This document shows positions 59,423-64,000 of a DNA stretch of 64,000 nt, piece after piece; position 1 is the first letter of the stretch, and each line of letters begins with the position of its first letter. Under the pieces are notes generated by a model that saw only the letters and a list, made by a program, of their open reading frames with translations, ran no database searches and was not told the DNA's origin. The stretch is from Nitrospinota bacterium. Its GTDB lineage: Bacteria > UBA8248. The stretch is taken from assembly GCA_030754595.1 (NCBI GenBank), contig JASLZZ010000039.1, forward strand, positions 14,795-78,794, given 5' to 3'. Both the position numbers and the translations under genes were made by a program.

Positions 59423-60601
59423 ATGAAATTATCCGATGAACACAGGGCACTTCAGCAGATGGCGCGCGATTTCGCCGAGAAGGAAATCAGACCCATCTCG
59501 GCCGAGCGGGACCTTATCTCAGACCCCAAGGAAACTTTCGACTGGGAGATCATCAAAAAGGGCTCGGCCCTGGGGCTTCGCACCCTCGCCGTCCCGGAGC
59601 GCTTCGGCGGCCCGGGCGTGGACCTGATGGGCCAGGCCTTGGTTATCCTGGAGCTGGCCCGCGGGGACGGCGCCATTTGCAAGACCTTCAGCCAAAACTG
59701 GAAGTTCACTCCCATTATCACCGAGGTTGCCAACGACGAGCAACGCGAGCGCTTTTTGCCCCAATTCATGGAGAATGATGATTTTCTGCTCGCCTCGGGA
59801 AACACCGAGCCCGACGCGGGGTTCGACAATCGCTATTCTCCTCCCGATTACCCCAAGGCGGGCTTCAAAATGTCGGCCGTCCGTGACGGCGACGATTGGA
59901 TCCTGAACGGCATGAAGCATTTCATCGCCAACGGCGGGGTTGCCAGCCTTTACATTATGTCCACCCGCACCGATCCTAACGTTCCCCTCAGAGAGGGAAC
60001 CACCCTGTTCTTCGTTCCCAAGGACACTCCGGGCTTCACAATCGGCCGCAGGCACAATAAGGTCGGCTGGCGTTTTTACCAGAACGCCGAGCTCATCTTC
60101 GAGAACTGCCGCGTCCCCGACGCCAACCTCCTGGTGGGGGTGAACAAGGGAAGGAATTTCCGGCCGGAGGGGGGTTCGGGGTTCAACGACATCGAACTCT
60201 CCGGGAACCTCCTGGGAATCGCGCAGGCGGCCTACGAGCACGCAATCGAGCACGCCCGGAACCGCTTCCAGGGGGGCAAAATCATCATCGAGCACCAGGC
60301 GGTGAAGCTCAAGCTGGCCGACATGTACATGCGTCTGGAGGCGGGCCGGAGCTACTACTTCAAGGTGGTGGAGGACTGCCTGGACGAGGGCGCCGAAGGT
60401 ACCTCGGCCTCGAAGCAGCTCATGAAGGTATTCGCCACCGAGGTGTCGCAGAGTGTCACGCGGGACGCGGTCGAGATTTTCGGGGGAATGGGCGTCATGA
60501 AGGACGCCCCCGTCGAAAAACTCATGCGCGACGCGAGCGTGCTCACCCACCTGGCGGCCGGCACTGTCAACACACTCATGGCCGCCGAAAAGCTGACGTA
60601 G
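59423..60601 (+). CDS. acyl-CoA dehydrogenase family protein, close paralog of 34119..35303
   Basis: RBS AGGAGG; DEHRALQQMARDFAEKEI, TEPDAG, NGMKHFIANGG, GWRFYQNAELIF. Confidence 0.9.
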   Translation: MKLSDEHRALQQMARDFAEKEIRPISAERDLISDPKETFDWEIIKKGSALGLRTLAVPERFGGPGVDLMGQALVILELARGDGAICKTFSQNWKFTPIITEVANDEQRERFLPQFMENDDFLLASGNTEPDAGFDNRYSPPDYPKAGFKMSAVRDGDDWILNGMKHFIANGGVASLYIMSTRTDPNVPLREGTTLFFVPKDTPGFTIGRRHNKVGWRFYQNAELIFENCRVPDANLLVGVNKGRNFRPEGGSGFNDIELSGNLLGIAQAAYEHAIEHARNRFQGGKIIIEHQAVKLKLADMYMRLEAGRSYYFKVVEDCLDEGAEGTSASKQLMKVFATEVSQSVTRDAVEIFGGMGVMKDAPVEKLMRDASVLTHLAAGTVNTLMAAEKLT

Positions 60602-60645
60602 GTTAAGGAAAATTACCGTTTATCCGTAGAGGAGAGGGGGGCGGC

Positions 60646-61830
60646 ATGCAATATCCGTTTACCGAAGATCAGTTGGCGATCGCGGAACTCACCCGGAATT
60701 TCATGGAGCGCGAGGTGGCTCCTGTCGCCGTGGAGATCGACGCCCGGCCGGATCCCAAGGACTGCTATCCCAGGGAGTTGATCAACAAGGCCTCGAAGCT
60801 GGGCCTCCGCACCATCGCGATACCTGAGGAATACGGCGGGATGGACGCGGACCTGTTCACGAAAACCCTCGCGCTCTGGGAGGGCGCCCAAATCGAGATC
60901 GGCACTATCAAGTGCCTGAGCCAGTGCTGGAAGGCCACCACCGTTGTCAGCAAGGCAGGGACCAAGGCCCAGAAAGACCGCTGGCTCGCCAATTTCGCGG
61001 CTGACGACGATGCCGTCTGCTCGCTGGCCTCGACCGAACCCGACCACAGCACGGAAAACCGCCTGCACGGCAACGACCCCAAGCTGGGGATGCGGACGAT
61101 GGCGGTGAAGGACGGCGATCATTTCGTCATCAACGGGGCGAAGCGATACACCTCGCTCATTGGCGAATCGCGGCTGATCGTTCTCTACGCCCGGACGGAC
61201 CCGGATGTCCCGGTCAACAAGGGCATGACGGCGTTTCTTCTGGACGGCTCGGAGGAGGGGATCACCTTCGGCCGAACCCACAACAAGATGGGCTACCGCC
61301 TCTACCCGAACCGTGAGAGCTACTACGACAACGTCCGCGTTCACAAGGACAATATTCTCGGCGAGGTGAACGGGGCCTCCGCGGTCCGCGCGCACGCCTT
61401 TCGGGGAAGCGCCGAGTTGGCGGCCTGCAACACGGGTCTCGCCCGCAGCCTCTATCAGATTTGCTACGATCACGCCAAGGAGCGCGTTCAGGGCGGAAAG
61501 CCCATCATCGAGCATCTTACGGTGCGGCACATGCTCGCCGAGATGATCATGAACATCGAGGTGGCCGAGCAGTTCATGTGGCGCATCTGCTGGGGGGCGG
61601 AGAACGACGATAGCTACACCTCGCGCTTCACCCGGTCGGGCAAGGTGTTCAGCGACAAGGCGGGTCTCAAGACGATTGAACTGGCGCTGGACGTTCTCGG
61701 CGGAATGGGAATTATGCGGGACAGCCCGAGCGAGAAGATCGTCCGCGACATTCTGACGTTCCAGCACGGCGACGGCACCGACTCGGCCTGTTTGCTCGAG
61801 GCGGCGAACACCCTGGAGATTCCGGCCTGA
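60646..61830 (+). CDS. acyl-CoA dehydrogenase family protein (atypical active site)
   Basis: PEEYGG, STEP, NGAKRY, KMGYR, RVQGGKPI, VLGGMG. Confidence 0.9.
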   Translation: MQYPFTEDQLAIAELTRNFMEREVAPVAVEIDARPDPKDCYPRELINKASKLGLRTIAIPEEYGGMDADLFTKTLALWEGAQIEIGTIKCLSQCWKATTVVSKAGTKAQKDRWLANFAADDDAVCSLASTEPDHSTENRLHGNDPKLGMRTMAVKDGDHFVINGAKRYTSLIGESRLIVLYARTDPDVPVNKGMTAFLLDGSEEGITFGRTHNKMGYRLYPNRESYYDNVRVHKDNILGEVNGASAVRAHAFRGSAELAACNTGLARSLYQICYDHAKERVQGGKPIIEHLTVRHMLAEMIMNIEVAEQFMWRICWGAENDDSYTSRFTRSGKVFSDKAGLKTIELALDVLGGMGIMRDSPSEKIVRDILTFQHGDGTDSACLLEAANTLEIPA

Positions 61831-62196
61831 TCGGGCCGGGCCGGAAAGGTTCTCTTCGGGTGGGCCGGGAGGAAATTTCGAAATACGCTGGGGTATAAGA
61901 GAATCGGCTTGGGCATATCCAATCAGGACAGATTGGCCAGCGGCGGATCTTCGCTGTGGCCCGGCCCCAGGCCGGGCCCCGGGCGCTGCCGATTGAGGCA
62001 GCTCAATAAATCGGGGCAGCCGATTTTACGATATGGTCCTCGGGGCTTATTGGTGATAAAATAATCCTTCCCGCGGGGGTGGGGGAACCTCGCGGAAGGT
62101 CGGGTTCGCCGGTGAAAGTCCGGGGCCGCTCGTCCCATTTTACCGTTGAGCCGGCTAGAGGGCTTTGAACGCGTCAAGCTCGAGAGGAGATCACGA

Positions 62197-62679
62197 ATGG
62201 CCGATCCGAGCGGAGGCGGCAGCGCGCCGATCAGAGACGACCCGCACTACATCGCGAACCTGCAGCGCAACTACACCTTTTTCGCGGATATGGGCGACGA
62301 CGAGATCTATCAACTCCTCCGCATGTGCAACCGCCAAACCTTCGAGGCGGACGATACGATATTCTACGAGGGAGACGCCGCCGATACGTTCTTCCTCATC
62401 CTCTCGGGTGAGGTCGTCATCGAGGCCGGGGTGAAGGAATTTTCCCGCCTGAAGTCGGGTCATATTTTCGGCGAGATGGGAATCCTCGAGCAGGTTCCGC
62501 GCAACGCCACCGCCCGGGCGGGCGAGAAGTCCGAGGTTTTTTCCGTCGCCCGGGACGTTCTCGCGACAAGATTACCCACCCTTGGATTCAAGATCGCTTG
62601 CCACATTGCTCTCCAACTCTCCAACAAGCTTCGGCTCGCGGACGAGGAGCTGAAAAAAATTCCCCCCTCCGGCGGTTAA
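62197..62679 (+). CDS. stand-alone cyclic nucleotide-binding domain protein
   Basis: RBS GAGGAG; IFYEGD, ILSGEV, FGEMGIL...PRNATA (phosphate-binding cassette). Confidence 0.88.
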   Translation: MADPSGGGSAPIRDDPHYIANLQRNYTFFADMGDDEIYQLLRMCNRQTFEADDTIFYEGDAADTFFLILSGEVVIEAGVKEFSRLKSGHIFGEMGILEQVPRNATARAGEKSEVFSVARDVLATRLPTLGFKIACHIALQLSNKLRLADEELKKIPPSGG

Positions 62680-62749
62680 CCGAAGGAGGGCGTTTCCTGG
62701 AGCTCAAATCCAGGAGATACGGCCAATCCCGAAATAATTCGTTATGAAA

Positions 62750-63037
62750 CTAGCTGTTGGACGGAGCGGGCGGCACCCACATTCCTCTCCTGATGGTTTC
62801 GTTCAGCCGGTCTTCATGGGTGGGCGGGGAGATTCCGCCCCGGAGGCGCTGGGAGGCTTCCTTGCTCATCAAATCGAAGATTCGACGCTCTCTTTCTTTC
62901 ATCAGCCTGGACCATTCTTTGAGTTCGGATTTTTTCCCGGTGTCGGCGGAGGAACTCATCACCTCGCGGAACAACTCTCTTCTGTAGTTCGTCATTTCGC
63001 AACTCATTTCGGGCGCAGAAATGAAGCGTGAAAACAA
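62750..63037 (-). CDS. small hypothetical protein (start uncertain)
   Basis: 95-aa charged ORF in an otherwise empty interval; no recognisable motif. Confidence 0.35.
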   Translation of the reverse strand: MFSRFISAPEMSCEMTNYRRELFREVMSSSADTGKKSELKEWSRLMKERERRIFDLMSKEASQRLRGGISPPTHEDRLNETIRRGMWVPPAPSNS

Positions 63038-63248
63038 TTATTTTTAGGCGGAAGTTGGGACGAAGGATATTATGGGGGCCATTTTATAATATTTCCGGAG
63101 GATATCAAGGGAAAATAAGCGGTTTTGAGAGGTGCGCCCCCTGCAGGGCTTCGCCGGCAGGGTGGAAAAACCACATATTTAACCAATTTATAACAAGAAC
63201 ATGACACAATCCTGTCATTTGCATTGCGAATAATTGGTAGATTCACAA

Positions 63249-63363
63249 TCAGTGGCCGAACCCTACCAAGGACCTCGCCATAAGAAATTCCTGAGGAATT
63301 TCCCCCTTCCCTCCTAACTCCTGCCGGGCCACTGAGTGGGGTGCCAAACCCCACTCTTTTTTT
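63249..63363 (+). ncRNA. candidate small RNA with CU-rich anti-SD segment
   Basis: Extended -10 TGGTAGATT (63235-43), 9-bp closing stem TCAGTGGCC/GGCCACTGA, internal hairpin, CCCCCTTCCCTCCT, strong terminator with no plus-strand gene to serve. Confidence 0.55.
63334..63363 (+). terminator. intrinsic terminator
   Basis: GAGTGGGGT-GCCAA-ACCCCACTC-TTTTTTT. Confidence 0.85.
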
Positions 63364-63425
63364 GTCCGAATTAATCTTGTAAGTGGTTGATAAATAAAGA
63401 AATATTCAATGGGAGCGGAGCGGGA

Positions 63426-63863
63426 TCACTCGCCCGCGGCAATTTCCCGGATTATCTCCTCAAGGACCTCGCCGGCCCTGTCGTTTGAAATCTGACAGGT
63501 CCCTGCCGCCTCCTGGCCGCCGCCTCCGAACCTGAGCATCCCCACCCCGATATTGTAGCGGGAGGTCCGGTTGAAAATAGATTTGCCGACCGCAAAAACA
63601 GTGTTTTGCCTATCCCTGCCCCACATGGCGTGAATCGAGATATTCACCTCCGGAAACAAGGCGTAGGGAATAAAGCGGTTTCCGGCCATGATCAACTCCT
63701 CCTCCCGGAGGTCCACCACGAGAATATTTCCCCGGAGACTGGCGCATTTCCGGATTTGATTCTTGAAAGCCTCCTCGAGGACGAAGTAGCGGTTCGAGCG
63801 TTCGGTGACGTCGAGAAGCTTCATGACCCGTTCGATGGGATGATTCCGGCAGAAATTGGCTAG
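63426..63863 (-). pseudogene. 3' part of a DHH-superfamily phosphoesterase (exopolyphosphatase-like) gene interrupted by the IS5 element
   Basis: Frame open up to the CTAG junction: LANFCRNHPIERVMKLLDV...AGNRF..YALFPE...VGKSIFNRTS...GGGGQEAAGTCQ (DHHA1-type GGGH..A, here with Q for H). Confidence 0.75.
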
Positions 63864-64000
63864 AAGTCATTTCATAACCCTCATGAGTTTTCTCGTCGTG
63901 ATCAGGGCACAAGCCATATGAAAGAATCCACCGTAGGTTTCCATCAGGCGGTCCCATCGCACGGTCAGCCTGCGGAAGTTGCCAAACCAGGCAATCGTCC
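63860..64000 (-). mobile_element. IS5-family insertion sequence, right end with transposase C-terminus (63867->64000)
   Basis: Minus strand translates TIAWFGNFRRLTVRWDRLMETYGGFFHMACALITTRKLMRVMK*, a typical IS5 DDE C-terminus; the stop lies inside the terminal IR; CTAG target. Confidence 0.9.

Noticed and set aside
63248..63280. Minus-strand mini-ORF MARSLVGFGH as a type I toxin or leader opposite the candidate sRNA
   Set aside because: Only 10 codons, not strongly hydrophobic, and the purine-rich tract is about 20 nt from the ATG.

Overview
GC-rich bacterial DNA (by eye about 60-67% GC) in two parts. (1) 1-19830 is an intact cobalamin biosynthesis cluster: cbiD-cobK converge on a long minus-strand operon cobD-cobQ-cbiB-cobN-chlID-cobO-cbiX-cobH-cobL-cobI-cbiG/cobJ-cobM headed by a class I cobalamin riboswitch, with cobU-cobT-cobS divergent. 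It carries both an ATP-independent (CbiX) and an ATP-dependent (CobN + ChlI/D fusion) cobalt chelatase. (2) About 20-64 kb is an accessory catabolic region of unknown substrate: xanthine-dehydrogenase-family molybdoenzymes, an LLM monooxygenase with an ABC transporter, four acyl-CoA-dehydrogenase-fold proteins that all lack the canonical C-terminal catalytic Glu motif, two M24-fold proteins with altered metal ligands, a MetE-core protein with both Zn-cysteines replaced by Ser, LigAB, a sulfatase, an amidohydrolase, and GntR and IclR regulators. This part shows many lesions (four in-frame stops, frameshifts, gene fragments). The most striking items missed by the ORF track are: a ~110-bp MITE (59250-59364) whose ends match the IS5-family element at the right edge of the window, which interrupts a DHH-family gene; an orphan promoter-hairpin-terminator unit at 63201-63363 that looks like an anti-Shine-Dalgarno sRNA; and a short ORF whose RBS lies in the riboswitch expression platform. 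All calls come from reading motifs by eye; no database searches were run.
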